Positions 1-9,500 of a stretch of 64,000 bases of DNA are shown here, one piece after another. The stretch comes from a virus. Below the pieces are notes generated by a model. It was not told the origin of the DNA, ran no database searches, and worked only from the letters and a program-made list of their open reading frames with translations. Both the position numbers and the translations under genes were made by a program. Every line of letters begins with the position of its first letter. The first letter of the stretch is position 1. Where the stretch lies: the IMG/VR virus record IMGVR_UViG_3300031992_000005, positions 224,001-288,000 of that record; one strand, written 5' to 3'.

Positions 1-822
1 CCAAACTTTCACACCAAGTACTCTTTGAGCAGTCCATTTGAGAGAGTAGTTCTTCTCATGTAATCCATCTAGTACATTAACGACGGATGCATCTGATAGT
101 TCATATAAGTCAACTCCCATTATTCTATGACTAACCTGATACTCGAATTGTAGGTTATAAGTCCAGATATGTTTCATTCTCTTAGATAGAAATTTTGCCA
201 GTTTATCTAAGACTGCCCTATACCCTTCACTAGACTCTCCTACTTCATGTCTCAAGTCCGTTAAGCTAATAAAAGCCGCTTCTTTTGCTGTAGATATTGC
301 AAAACCTGATACAAAGAACACTTTCTCCATTGGCATTCCACTAGTTTCATAGTCAAATCCAAAGTCAGTGTCCAATGGTAATGAGTCTACGTAATCAAGG
401 AACCTCAATGCATCAGTCACAGTGTGAATTACGCACCACTTGAAATCATGGTAATCAACCTCTCTTGTAAAACTTGGACTTATAAAGTCTTCTAAGAGAC
501 CTGGAATCAATGCCTGTTGTACATCTACTGCACATCTAACATAAGCTCCGCCTTCTAAGGATACTCTATAAATTCTGGAACAATCGAAGTAATTTTCACC
601 ACGAATACCAAAGTGATACCTTTCTCTCAGGTAACTGAAGGCTTTAGCGCCAATTAATAATGCACCATCCCCTTCACCAAGTGCAAGAAGATCATTTCTT
701 TGTTCTTCGTCCATCTTCTCTAGAAGTTCTAGAGGATAGACTCCACAACTTAGTTTTAATCCATATAATCCCACATAATCGTGGCATTCTTCTGAACTAA
801 CTAAAACTATCCTTTTATTCAT
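1..822 (-). CDS. Pol I-type DNA polymerase, N-terminal 3'-5' exonuclease region (partial, continues beyond position 1)
   Basis: My own minus-strand translation from the ATG at 822-820 gives MNKRIVLVSSEECHDY... It contains a DnaQ-like ExoI motif FGFDYETSG (compare Klenow FDTETDS) and an ExoII-like motif YNLQFEYQV. The frame stays open to the window edge. Confidence 0.6.
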   Translation of the reverse strand, partial: MNKRIVLVSSEECHDYVGLYGLKLSCGVYPLELLEKMDEEQRNDLLALGEGDGALLIGAKAFSYLRERYHFGIRGENYFDCSRIYRVSLEGGAYVRCAVDVQQALIPGLLEDFISPSFTREVDYHDFKWCVIHTVTDALRFLDYVDSLPLDTDFGFDYETSGMPMEKVFFVSGFAISTAKEAAFISLTDLRHEVGESSEGYRAVLDKLAKFLSKRMKHIWTYNLQFEYQVSHRIMGVDLYELSDASVVNVLDGLHEKNYSLKWTAQRVLGVKVW

Positions 823-1132
823 AATCACTAAAATTTATATTACAATAGTAAGGATTTTCGGGCAATATATCTGAGAAAATATTGTTTCTTTTTCTATCCC
901 CCAAACGCCTTACTCAAGTAAGCCGTGTTTAAATACACGATTTTAATCATACACTTTCATAAGAAAAATTAGAGAACATGAAGAGAAGTTTAATAAAAAA
1001 TTCTAAGATGGTATGAATATAGTAAAATATCATGCGATCTTAGTCAACAGTCCACCATACCCCGGAACTAAATAGAGAGGGGTTGTATGGTGTAGGAAAT
1101 TGTGACTAAGAACTTTTTGTTTAATTTAATTA

Positions 1133-1675
1133 ATGTTATTAAGTACAATATTAGCAACAGGTCTGAAGATATTAGTTACTGTAGCTGCAGGAACTGCGAT
1201 TGTTCTTGGAATTCGATATATTTTCAAAGAAGACGAAGAACAACAATCTCCGGACCAAGAAAAAACAAAAGAAGAAGAAGGTGGTCCGACCATTATCACC
1301 GATGGTTGGGGAAACAGTTATTCCTTAGGTGAAAAGAAATCATCCCACAAAGAGACTAAAGCTCAGAAAGTTATTCAAACTCTTCAGATGGGAAGATCAG
1401 TGATCGATAATGTTATCCAGATTGGTAATGGATTAGCAACAATGTTTAATTCGATCGACGCTATTTTTGGTATGGGAAATGGTAATGGATATGTCAATCC
1501 CTATGTACCAATGAGCGAATCATGGCAAGGAACTCAAGCAAAAGAAAGTGGTTGGTTCATTAACAGTATGGGAGAAAAAATTCCCTTGAACAAACCAATT
1601 CCTACGCAATGTTCCGATGGTAGGGTGCGTTATATGATATACACTGCACCTAATATAGTACATTTCATGAATTAA
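1133..1675 (+). CDS. hypothetical membrane-anchored protein
   Basis: 180-aa ORF with an N-terminal hydrophobic helix LLSTILATGLKILVTVAAGTAIVLGI, then a charged EDEEQQ/KEEE segment. No enzymatic motif seen. Confidence 0.6.
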   Translation: MLLSTILATGLKILVTVAAGTAIVLGIRYIFKEDEEQQSPDQEKTKEEEGGPTIITDGWGNSYSLGEKKSSHKETKAQKVIQTLQMGRSVIDNVIQIGNGLATMFNSIDAIFGMGNGNGYVNPYVPMSESWQGTQAKESGWFINSMGEKIPLNKPIPTQCSDGRVRYMIYTAPNIVHFMN

Positions 1676-1776
1676 TAAAATGAAGTGGAGTGTGCCATGA
1701 ATAGTAGTTAACTATTGGGTAACTTAGTGTAATTCTTCTTATTAGAAAGATACATGAATTTAATAATGTACTTAAA

Positions 1777-1806
1777 AAACAGGTGTTTGTTTTGTGTCAC
1801 CTGTTT
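1777..1806 (+). terminator. stem-loop ending in a T-run, downstream of the 1133-1675 gene
   Basis: aaacaggtg (1777-1785) pairs with cacctgttt (1798-1806) around a T-rich loop. It lies inside the 5' extension of track ORF 1783, which argues that gene really starts at 1825. Confidence 0.45.
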
Positions 1807-1824
1807 TACGTAGAAAGTTGTAAA

Positions 1825-2247
1825 ATGATATATTTATTTGGAACAGGGTCCTGGGATGGAACTAGGAAAGCCCTGAAAATAGGTTATAGTGAAACTCAAT
1901 TAGAAAGAGAAATAGCCTATGACCTTCATAATCCATTAGGTAAATTCTTAGCCTGGAGAGAAGGTGATAGAGTATTAGAGCTCAAACTTCACTTATGCTT
2001 AATGGATTATAAAGAGGATTTCCGGGACGAATGGTTCTTCAATGAAGATAAAGTCTTGGAAATTTTTTCTTGGTCCATAGATAAGATAGACTCTTGGTTA
2101 TGGGAAAATAGAGGTAGAATATTTCTAGAGAAACTAAGTAATCCTAATACATTAAAGGGAAAGATATTGAAAGAGCTAATGGACAAGTTTAGTCCTTCTA
2201 AACCCTTACAGGTAGATGAAAATTTATTAAATGATTTTGATTTATGA
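1825..2247 (+). CDS. GIY-YIG superfamily / T5orf172-like domain protein
   Basis: From the internal Met: MIYLFGT...LKIGYSE...R...LELKLHLCL...FRDEWF. This matches the IYxx...KIGxT...R...lE..lH...EWF pattern of T5orf172 / GIY-YIG-like domains. Start moved from 1783 because of the upstream hairpin. Confidence 0.5.
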   Translation: MIYLFGTGSWDGTRKALKIGYSETQLEREIAYDLHNPLGKFLAWREGDRVLELKLHLCLMDYKEDFRDEWFFNEDKVLEIFSWSIDKIDSWLWENRGRIFLEKLSNPNTLKGKILKELMDKFSPSKPLQVDENLLNDFDL

Positions 2248-2894
2248 AAATACCGTATAGTCTAAACTTAGATAATAAAAGTATTAGAAAAATTTGGTTT
2301 ATGTCTGACCTTCACTTAGGTCATAAGAACATAATTAAGTTAGGAAATCGTCCGTTTCAGAATATAGAAGAAATGGATGGTTTTATTCAGGAAAAACTGG
2401 CAGAAACCATAGAACCGGGGGATGTGGTATTTAACTTAGGTGACTTTTTCTGGAAATATACATTACCAGAAGCTGAGTCTGTACTAAAGTTAATGAAACC
2501 TCTTAAGTCTTACATGATAGCGGGGAATCATGATTCTCATGAATTATTACAAGGATTGAGGAGATATTTCAACGTTATTGCTGACAGATTAGAGGTAACT
2601 GTTATATATCAATCTGAGAAGTATTACTTGGTTATGGATCATTTTCCGCATCTTTCGTGGAATCATAAATCTAGGGGTGCATTCATGATTCATGGCCATT
2701 GTCACGGAAATATAGATAGTTTTAATCGTGATTCCATTGGAGATCTAAGGATTGATGTGGGATATGATGGAGAGCTGGCCAAGAAGACTGGATCATTTCT
2801 CATTGATTTCGAGACGATCTTAGGGGAAATGAAAAATAAAGTGGGACAACAAAGTTTCAAGGATTATGTTCAAAATAATAGTAAAACAATATGA
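2244..2894 (+). CDS. calcineurin-like metallophosphoesterase
   Basis: All signature blocks are present in order: SDLHLGH (DxH), LGDFF (GD), AGNHD (GNHD/E), IHGHCHGN (GHxH). ATGA overlap with the upstream gene. Confidence 0.8.
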   Translation: MKIPYSLNLDNKSIRKIWFMSDLHLGHKNIIKLGNRPFQNIEEMDGFIQEKLAETIEPGDVVFNLGDFFWKYTLPEAESVLKLMKPLKSYMIAGNHDSHELLQGLRRYFNVIADRLEVTVIYQSEKYYLVMDHFPHLSWNHKSRGAFMIHGHCHGNIDSFNRDSIGDLRIDVGYDGELAKKTGSFLIDFETILGEMKNKVGQQSFKDYVQNNSKTI

Positions 2895-3730
2895 AATCTA
2901 GGGAAGAACTTATTTCAGTATTTGAAGATACTAAAACTAGTATCATTGCAGGAGGTTATAAAGATCCTACAGGGCGTTGGCATGAAATACCTGATCCAGT
3001 AGCATCTATATTTTATAACACAGTATCGAAATTGAGCAAGGATGATTGCCCAGTTTTCCCAGAAACAATTATAAAAGTTGTTAATGAGGATACGTTCAAT
3101 GTAGCTGAAAAGCTTCCTGGATGTGCTGTATTGAATATGGCATCCTTCAGTTTTCCAGGTGGTGGAGTAACTAATGGGGCAAGAGCTCAAGAGGAAGAGC
3201 TTTGTAGGCGGAGTAACCTAACAAAATCCCTATATGCATTTGATCACCGAATGGCAGATGTTTATGGTCCGCCTTATGGGAATAGTACGTATCCAATCCC
3301 TATGTTTGGTGGAATATACTCAACTGGTATAACTGTTTTTAAGAGTGCTGTTTCTTATAATGGACTAATTAATCCATTCCAGTGTGACGTAATTACCGTT
3401 CCTGGACTAAAGAAACCAGTACTGGATCGAAAAACAGGAGAACTTCAGCCAAAGGATGTCATAGCATTAAAGGGAAAAATAAGAGCCATATTCAGAATGG
3501 CTATCTTAGGAAAAAATGAATCCCTTGTATTAGGGGCTCTTGGATGTGGTGCATATGGAAATCCACCTAGCCATGTAGCTAGACTATTCAAAGAAGTATT
3601 GGGTGAAGATGAGTTCGTTCATTCTTTCTCTAAGATATACTTTGCTATCCTAGAAGATACAAATAGTAGAAAAAATATTGAAGGTGGAAACCTTAAACCT
3701 TTTAAAAAAGTATTTGAAAATGGAAACTAA
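2891..3730 (+). CDS. bacterial-type PARG-like macrodomain protein (TIGR02452/DUF2263-like)
   Basis: Contains the PARG signature GGG-X7-QEE (FPGGGVTNGARAQEEELCRRS) and a downstream GALGCGAYGNPP glycine-rich loop typical of this macrodomain family. ATGA overlap with the phosphoesterase gene. Confidence 0.75.
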   Translation: MKSREELISVFEDTKTSIIAGGYKDPTGRWHEIPDPVASIFYNTVSKLSKDDCPVFPETIIKVVNEDTFNVAEKLPGCAVLNMASFSFPGGGVTNGARAQEEELCRRSNLTKSLYAFDHRMADVYGPPYGNSTYPIPMFGGIYSTGITVFKSAVSYNGLINPFQCDVITVPGLKKPVLDRKTGELQPKDVIALKGKIRAIFRMAILGKNESLVLGALGCGAYGNPPSHVARLFKEVLGEDEFVHSFSKIYFAILEDTNSRKNIEGGNLKPFKKVFENGN

Positions 3731-4304
3731 AAATCGATGCACTAGAGAAGAGGGAACCGGAAAAGTAATTTGGATTTCCCCAGAAATTGCAGTAGTTGGT
3801 GTTATTATTGCTGAGAGCAAAGACAACTCGGGCAATAGAGTTTATCACTATCTTGTAGAAAAACGAGGACAAGGAGCTCCTGATTTTAATGGAAAGTATT
3901 GTTTTCCTTGTGGTTATTATGATTATTCAGACCATTACCTTAAAGTCGGTGCTGCAAGGGAAGTTTACGAAGAAACTGGAATAAAAGTGGATCCAGGGGA
4001 ATTTCATTTCGCCGGAATAAATGACGGAATGTATACCAATAAGGGTCACATTACAGCCAGGTTCGTAACTAAAGTGAACTGTAGTCCTGAGGAATTGCTG
4101 AAAATGGCGGACATTGATTCCGTCAGTAGAGGCGGCGAAGAAGGAGAATCTTCACAAATACTCGTAGTAACTTATGATTGGATAAAGGAACATCGTGAAG
4201 AGTTCTGTTTCGATCATGATAAGTTAGCCGATACTATCGAGAAACATTCCTTGGATATATTTCAGAATAGTTTCTACAAAGATAACTATGACGAAGAACA
4301 TTAA
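3720..4304 (+). CDS. Nudix hydrolase
   Basis: Nudix box core GAAREVYEETGI (REx2EExGU). The start is chosen at ATG 3720 (METKNR...), which overlaps the stop of the PARG-like gene. The track ORF allows an earlier start at 3678. Confidence 0.75.
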   Translation: METKNRCTREEGTGKVIWISPEIAVVGVIIAESKDNSGNRVYHYLVEKRGQGAPDFNGKYCFPCGYYDYSDHYLKVGAAREVYEETGIKVDPGEFHFAGINDGMYTNKGHITARFVTKVNCSPEELLKMADIDSVSRGGEEGESSQILVVTYDWIKEHREEFCFDHDKLADTIEKHSLDIFQNSFYKDNYDEEH

Positions 4305-4305
4305 G

Positions 4306-4355
4306 TAAAAAAAAAGAGAGAAGCCATTACGACTTCTTTCTTTTTCTTTTTTTTT
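4306..4355. terminator. bidirectional rho-independent terminator between convergent genes
   Basis: An 11-bp stem, aaagagagaag (4313-4323) with cttctttcttt (4333-4343). It is flanked by an A-run upstream and a long T-run downstream, between the + gene ending at 4304 and the - gene ending at 4372. Confidence 0.6.
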
Positions 4356-4371
4356 CCGCTCTAATTACTAG

Positions 4372-5772
4372 CTATTTTTCCCAACTCTGGATTTCACCCG
4401 AGTATTGATCCTTGAAATACGGTACCGGATCGTAGAAGTTTACGAACTTATCTACGTTGTCCGTTATGTACTTAATTGTTGGATCCTTAGGATTCATCCA
4501 GTCGAATTGACTATCTAGTACTTTTCCTTCTTCATCTAAGTAAGATAGAAGGATTGCGTATAGGATCATTGAGCTATACGTATAGTTAAAAACTATCTCG
4601 TATATCGCAAAATCCCTTTTCTCCGAAGTATGCTTTTCTTCAAACGTTAAGTTTTTTCCCCAAAGGTTGAGAAAACTCTTAATCCCCCTAATATCAGATA
4701 CTACCTTTACTCTGGAAGTAATCTTCTTAGGGTCATACCTCTCAAGGACTTGAACTGCCCTTTCTACGTTATTAACGCAAATTAGCCCATTTCGTCCTAT
4801 TTCGAATATTTTTTCTTTACGTAGGAGAGTCTGATATTCGACTCTAGAGTTGATCTTTTTCACTCTAGACTCAAGAATCTTAGCTCTCAGCGTAGTCAGG
4901 AAGACATCCGCATCTAGCTTTCCTCTATCTTGAAGAGTTTTTGCTGTGAGCCATAGTACGTATTTTTCCTCATCACTGTACGAGATCTCCTTCTCTGGAG
5001 TAGTTGTAGTCACTTCTGCAATTACTGGAGGAGTTACTCTCGGTCTTTCTACGATGGCATTGTTCTTGTCTACCGGCAAGTCAATACCAAAGCGTGTCTT
5101 GACAAATTCTACCCACTTCAGATAGATTGCCTTTATTTCTTCATTACTACCATCAATGGTCAAATAACGACCATCCTCTGGAATATTTATATAATTCCAC
5201 TTAACAGGAAGGCCAGTTACGCTACTGACGGTATTCGAAAAGCGTTCTGCACGCTTAATCGATAGAGTACATCCACTGACACCTTCTTGCCGTGTCATTG
5301 TGTAGTACTCATTTGACCTAATTGCAGTTACTTTTCTCCTGACGAAGAAATTTAGAATCTTGCCTATCAACCGGGCACTTGCCACTTTCATGTTAGGTGC
5401 CACAATAGTCTTCTTTGTCCCTGCAACTTTCTTCACTTGTTGTTTCTTTGCTCCCTTCTTAATCTTGAATCGATAACAGAGAGCATCATCGATTGCCTTC
5501 GCTGCATCCTCCACTGTAATGGAAGAATCTACGAAAACAACTTTAAAATCCCTGTTTCCTACATCCTCCCGCTTAAATACTGGCGAGAGAATGTCAAAAA
5601 ACCGACCAATTTTCTTAGGCAAACTAGTCGAGTCTGCCTTCTCATCGATTGCTTTAAAAACCTTAGTTAGGTCACTCTTCGTGAGAGTTTGGCCATTACT
5701 AAGTTTTCCAGCTATCTCAGAGCCTATTAAGTAATAATAGGCCCTTGATTCTTCATTTTTCTTTCTTGGCAT
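4372..5772 (-). CDS. hypothetical protein (466 aa)
   Basis: Long uninterrupted minus-strand ORF. The + strand ORFs overlapping it (5437, 5519) are short shadows. No motif recognised. Confidence 0.7.
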   Translation of the reverse strand: MPRKKNEESRAYYYLIGSEIAGKLSNGQTLTKSDLTKVFKAIDEKADSTSLPKKIGRFFDILSPVFKREDVGNRDFKVVFVDSSITVEDAAKAIDDALCYRFKIKKGAKKQQVKKVAGTKKTIVAPNMKVASARLIGKILNFFVRRKVTAIRSNEYYTMTRQEGVSGCTLSIKRAERFSNTVSSVTGLPVKWNYINIPEDGRYLTIDGSNEEIKAIYLKWVEFVKTRFGIDLPVDKNNAIVERPRVTPPVIAEVTTTTPEKEISYSDEEKYVLWLTAKTLQDRGKLDADVFLTTLRAKILESRVKKINSRVEYQTLLRKEKIFEIGRNGLICVNNVERAVQVLERYDPKKITSRVKVVSDIRGIKSFLNLWGKNLTFEEKHTSEKRDFAIYEIVFNYTYSSMILYAILLSYLDEEGKVLDSQFDWMNPKDPTIKYITDNVDKFVNFYDPVPYFKDQYSGEIQSWEK

Positions 5773-5849
5773 AATAGCTTAAAAATTTAAAAGACCCCAG
5801 AATAACATTGATTGTGATACTCTAAGGTCTTGGTTGTGTTAAATATTAA

Positions 5850-6275
5850 TTAGTTACTCTGTTTATTCCTAAGATAGCTAACTTCACGCTGAAGTCTTTC
5901 GTTTTCAGCAGTAAGTTTTCCCATTTGATAGGAATTGTTTGCCGAATCACGCTTATACCCTTGGTTTTCGTAATTCAGGTTCTCATTGATTCCCACTTGT
6001 TTCATTGCAGATGCAAAAAGTCTGTCATTAGCCTCACAAAGGCTGTCATTAGCATCCCTATACTCGTTAATGCTTGAGCGAAGTTGTGAGGTTTCTTCTT
6101 TTAGTCTTTTTATTCTCTTGTTTGCTCGTGCTTTTCCAATACCAACACCGGTAAGGAATACTGTAGCTAAGGCAATCGCCTTTGTAGTTCTAGGGTTTTT
6201 CTCTATAAACCTTCCGGCCTTATCCAGAAATCCCTCTTTCTTTTTTTCATTTTTTTCCTGTTCTTCCATTTTCAT
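5850..6275 (-). CDS. hypothetical membrane-anchored coiled-coil protein
   Basis: 141-aa ORF with a hydrophobic segment TTKAIALATVFLTGVGIG followed by a heptad-like charged region. Confidence 0.6.
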   Translation of the reverse strand: MKMEEQEKNEKKKEGFLDKAGRFIEKNPRTTKAIALATVFLTGVGIGKARANKRIKRLKEETSQLRSSINEYRDANDSLCEANDRLFASAMKQVGINENLNYENQGYKRDSANNSYQMGKLTAENERLQREVSYLRNKQSN

Positions 6276-6391
6276 TCAATTTGTTGTTAATAAAAAATTC
6301 GTTAATAATCTCTATATATTTATAAGGCTTTGAAAGGATGATTTAAATTGAGAAAAATCAGATTTAAAAGCATTAAAGCCATATAACTGTA

Positions 6392-6409
6392 CTTAATATA
6401 AATTTCAAG
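6392..6409 (+). promoter_or_regulatory. promoter-like AT-rich motif CTTAATATAAATTTCAAG
   Basis: Nearly identical to CCTAATATAAATTTCAAA at 9501-9518. Both lie directly upstream of a gene start (6412 and 9547). Confidence 0.3.
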
Positions 6410-6411
6410 AT

Positions 6412-7308
6412 ATGAAACAATTGGATAGTTATGTAGAAATCTGGGATCAAGGTCCTGGAATAGAAGGCATTAAAAAGCAAATAGAAAAAGTGGGTCGAAT
6501 CTGTTATAAGTCGGAATCGAGTATAACAGAGGATTCTGCTGAAAAATTTGTAGAAAGACTGGGTAATGCAGGTCACTTAAAAGCATTTGAACAGGGAACT
6601 GTTTACCTAACATTTCCTAGGGGAACAACCTTTGATGAGACTCCAAAATCCCCTGAATTATATCTATTCTATTTCTTTAATAGATACTCCAAATGCCATA
6701 CAAGCAAAGATGACGATAATTATTATGTAACAACTAATTATCGAGTCTTAGTGGATAATGATAGAGTAGGGGACTTGAAGTACTTGACAGAGCCTAGTAA
6801 GAATCATGAGCTTCGTATTTGTGCTCATTTTATATGTGATCGTGGAGTTTCTGCTGAAGCTAATAGACATACTATGAACTCTGCTATGGAAACCTCCACT
6901 AGGTATTGCAACTACAGCTTGAATAAGTTTGGTAACGAGATTAGTGTCATTCAATCGGATGACATTGACTTGAGTAAAGCTAATTACGATGGAAAAGATT
7001 TCTTCAGAATGTGTGAAGATGTCAGATTCAGCTCTTCTAAGTGGAATGAAGTAGATCTTTGGATGTTTGGTAACCTAGCTACTGAGTTTTCTTACATGGA
7101 ATTACTAAAACGTGGCTGGAAACCTCAACAGGCTAGAAGGGTTTTACCATTGGATCTAAAAACAGAAGTATGTCATTCAGCATTTATATCAGACTGGATT
7201 CATTTCTTTGAATTAAGATCTGCACCAGATGCTCATCCTGATATGAAAAAATTAAGCGATCAACTAAAGAAACTTTTTATAGAAAGAGGCTATATAGAGC
7301 ATGAATAA
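6412..7308 (+). CDS. thyX: flavin-dependent thymidylate synthase ThyX
   Basis: A ThyX motif variant RHTMNSAMETSTRY (RHRxxSxxxxSxR pattern) plus a downstream FFELRS block. The size is typical of ThyX. Confidence 0.8.
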   Translation: MKQLDSYVEIWDQGPGIEGIKKQIEKVGRICYKSESSITEDSAEKFVERLGNAGHLKAFEQGTVYLTFPRGTTFDETPKSPELYLFYFFNRYSKCHTSKDDDNYYVTTNYRVLVDNDRVGDLKYLTEPSKNHELRICAHFICDRGVSAEANRHTMNSAMETSTRYCNYSLNKFGNEISVIQSDDIDLSKANYDGKDFFRMCEDVRFSSSKWNEVDLWMFGNLATEFSYMELLKRGWKPQQARRVLPLDLKTEVCHSAFISDWIHFFELRSAPDAHPDMKKLSDQLKKLFIERGYIEHE

Positions 7309-8269
7309 ATGTCCATTATGTAATGCTGTTTTTGCTGATTCGGAAGACCTAGAAAGACACTTATTAGAGGAACATTTTCTTACTATGCAGTCTTTCTATG
7401 AAATGTTACCTATTGAACAAGATAAGGGAAGAGTTCCTATTTCGTATATAGAAAACGATGGATTCTTCTTACCAGACTGGGACAATATCAAAAATAAATA
7501 TGAGAAGGTACAGTCTATTAATATGGTTCAGTCAGCGATAAAGGATTACTACAATAAGGTTAGTACTGATAGGTATCTTCAGATGTATTTAATCAATGAT
7601 ATCTACTTTGAAAGTACATTAAGCCATAAGTATTCAGAGTTTAAGGATATACTAAAGCAAATACAGAGAAAATATAGGTATGATAGGAATAAGATTTGGT
7701 TCTTAGACTGGATACCTGGATTTCCTAGGTTAATAAGTGAAGACAATCTTGATGGCATTAAGGTTGTTTTGATTGATGACTTGTATAAGGTAGTCAGTGA
7801 TCAAGAAACCCTATCATTAAATAATTATTCTGTTAAGTTCCCAGAGATTATACCCTATGATAGAAGATATCACAGTAAATATAATCTCTTGAACTTAAAC
7901 GGAGATCCTAGAACTGCTAAGAGATTACGGTTAAAAAATGAAATGGATGACTGTATAAAGTTCTATAATAATAGTGATTCTTCTGCAAGATCGTTATTTA
8001 GAATCCAAGTGAATGATGATATTATAGAGCCCAACAGTTTAACTGATCAAGACTTAACCGTTCTGAAGCTATTGCTATTAAGAAATAAAACATTCATGAA
8101 ATTAATTACCTCCATGATTGATGAAATTTCAAAAAATGCAAAAGTTCTCAGTGATTCTGTATTTCTTAAAAATACCATCCTAGTTAATCCAGGGAATCAG
8201 GCAAAAATAAATATTTCTTGGTTACCTAATAAAGAAAAGGAAAATTATATTAATATATCTATCTTATGA
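7301..8269 (+). CDS. hypothetical protein with N-terminal C2H2 zinc finger
   Basis: CPLCNAVFADSEDLERHLLEEH fits CX2CX12HX4H. The rest is unassigned. Confidence 0.7.
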   Translation: MNKCPLCNAVFADSEDLERHLLEEHFLTMQSFYEMLPIEQDKGRVPISYIENDGFFLPDWDNIKNKYEKVQSINMVQSAIKDYYNKVSTDRYLQMYLINDIYFESTLSHKYSEFKDILKQIQRKYRYDRNKIWFLDWIPGFPRLISEDNLDGIKVVLIDDLYKVVSDQETLSLNNYSVKFPEIIPYDRRYHSKYNLLNLNGDPRTAKRLRLKNEMDDCIKFYNNSDSSARSLFRIQVNDDIIEPNSLTDQDLTVLKLLLLRNKTFMKLITSMIDEISKNAKVLSDSVFLKNTILVNPGNQAKINISWLPNKEKENYINISIL

Positions 8270-9477
8270 ACGAAAACAATTTTAAAATTCAAGGAGTAGG
8301 ACTAGATACTAGTACAATTGACTATAATCCTGGCTCTTACTCAGGGAACTATGACTACTTTTATACGAGTATTTCAGCCAATAATGATTATCTCTTAAAA
8401 GATATGATTGATGAGGATACTCCAGTAATAGTAGGAGTAGATTTTCTAGAATCTTTAGAGAATGTATTAGGGGATCATCTTAAAGCAATTGGTAGGAAAA
8501 AGGCGGATCTTATTCTCTTCTCAGGTAACATCAAATTCGATCAAGCCCCAGAGACTATGCCAGAGAGCCTATTCGAAAGTAATCTCGTAGGTCACTGTGG
8601 AATACAGAGTCCAGTTTCAGTAGATCAGGTCAAAGAGCTTAGGGAGAAATATAAAATAGAATATATTTGTATTCCTCTTTGTCCTATGGAATTTGATCCT
8701 GATATAATTGAATATGCTGAACAAGAGAAGATGCACCTGATTGTTACTAATCCTTTTGGTGGATATCTCAGTGCTGCCAGAAATATTGTTTCATTTTCCG
8801 TACCTTATCTGCTATCATTTGCAGCAACTTACGGAAACATAGTTCTAGTAAGTGGAAGAGATCTAGTAAAAGCAGAGACATCAAGGGATTTCCTGAATTC
8901 CCTGATAGGACTTCCAAGTAATCCTGGTTTTAGATTAACAAAGGCTGTAAATAGGGAAGTCAAGGAAATAAAAAAGGCAATATTCACGTCTGTAAAAATA
9001 GACGATTATGTTGTTCCTTATGATAGTCCAGAGAATATCATAGATCAAGAGAATTTTGGATTTGGATTCGGAAAATATATTCAATCTCTCCCAGAGTCTA
9101 TTGATTTTATCAAGGACATCGAATCTGCGGATGATATTGATAGAGAAGAATCTACTGTAGCAGAGGAAATTAACCATTTCTTAAGAGTAGTTCATTATCC
9201 TATTGATGGATCATTAGATGTCCAATTTGCTGTTGCTAGGTATAAAATCATAGAATATCTAGACCAGAAATTTCCCGACTATAAAAAGGAGTTTGCTAAA
9301 ATCGGAAATAGGGTATTAATGGTATCCTTGACTAGTCCTGTTAAGATTACTGGACATTTCCTATGGAAGAAAGTAGCTATGGAAGAGACTACAATGTACT
9401 ATATGATCCTTCCACTGGAGGGAAAAGATCGTATAATCTTCCGGGAAGTAGAAGAAACGCAGTCTACGGAGGATTAA
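8266..9477 (+). CDS. hypothetical protein (403 aa)
   Basis: Long ORF with an ATGA overlap to the upstream gene. No motif recognised. Confidence 0.7.
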   Translation: MNENNFKIQGVGLDTSTIDYNPGSYSGNYDYFYTSISANNDYLLKDMIDEDTPVIVGVDFLESLENVLGDHLKAIGRKKADLILFSGNIKFDQAPETMPESLFESNLVGHCGIQSPVSVDQVKELREKYKIEYICIPLCPMEFDPDIIEYAEQEKMHLIVTNPFGGYLSAARNIVSFSVPYLLSFAATYGNIVLVSGRDLVKAETSRDFLNSLIGLPSNPGFRLTKAVNREVKEIKKAIFTSVKIDDYVVPYDSPENIIDQENFGFGFGKYIQSLPESIDFIKDIESADDIDREESTVAEEINHFLRVVHYPIDGSLDVQFAVARYKIIEYLDQKFPDYKKEFAKIGNRVLMVSLTSPVKITGHFLWKKVAMEETTMYYMILPLEGKDRIIFREVEETQSTED

Positions 9478-9500
9478 ATCCTTACAAATGGATTAAATCC
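9471..9500. promoter_or_regulatory. two copies of the 11-bp palindrome GGATTAAATCC (operator-like)
   Basis: Copies at 9471-9481 and 9490-9500, 19 bp apart, immediately upstream of the promoter-like motif at 9501. Confidence 0.3.

Noticed and set aside
1053-1092. Stem-loop caccatacccc / ggggttgtatggtg in the spacer upstream of gene 1133
   Set aside because: It has a 4 + 7 bp stem with a 3-nt bulge but no T-run, no second copy and no recognisable motif. I cannot assign a function from sequence alone.
1102-1332. 76-aa ORF overlapping the start of 1133-1675, and other short overlapping + or - ORFs (2915-3190, 3650-3835, 5437-5734, 5986-6333, 6373-6576)
   Set aside because: They overlap longer ORFs that have motifs or a better context. 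Their translations are low complexity or Cys/Arg-rich out-of-frame readings.
1783-1824. 5' extensions of two track ORFs (1783-1824, and 53256-53291 for the gene after the sheath)
   Set aside because: Both extensions consist of a terminator-type hairpin belonging to the upstream gene. In-frame ATGs just downstream (1825 and 53292) give sensible N-termini.
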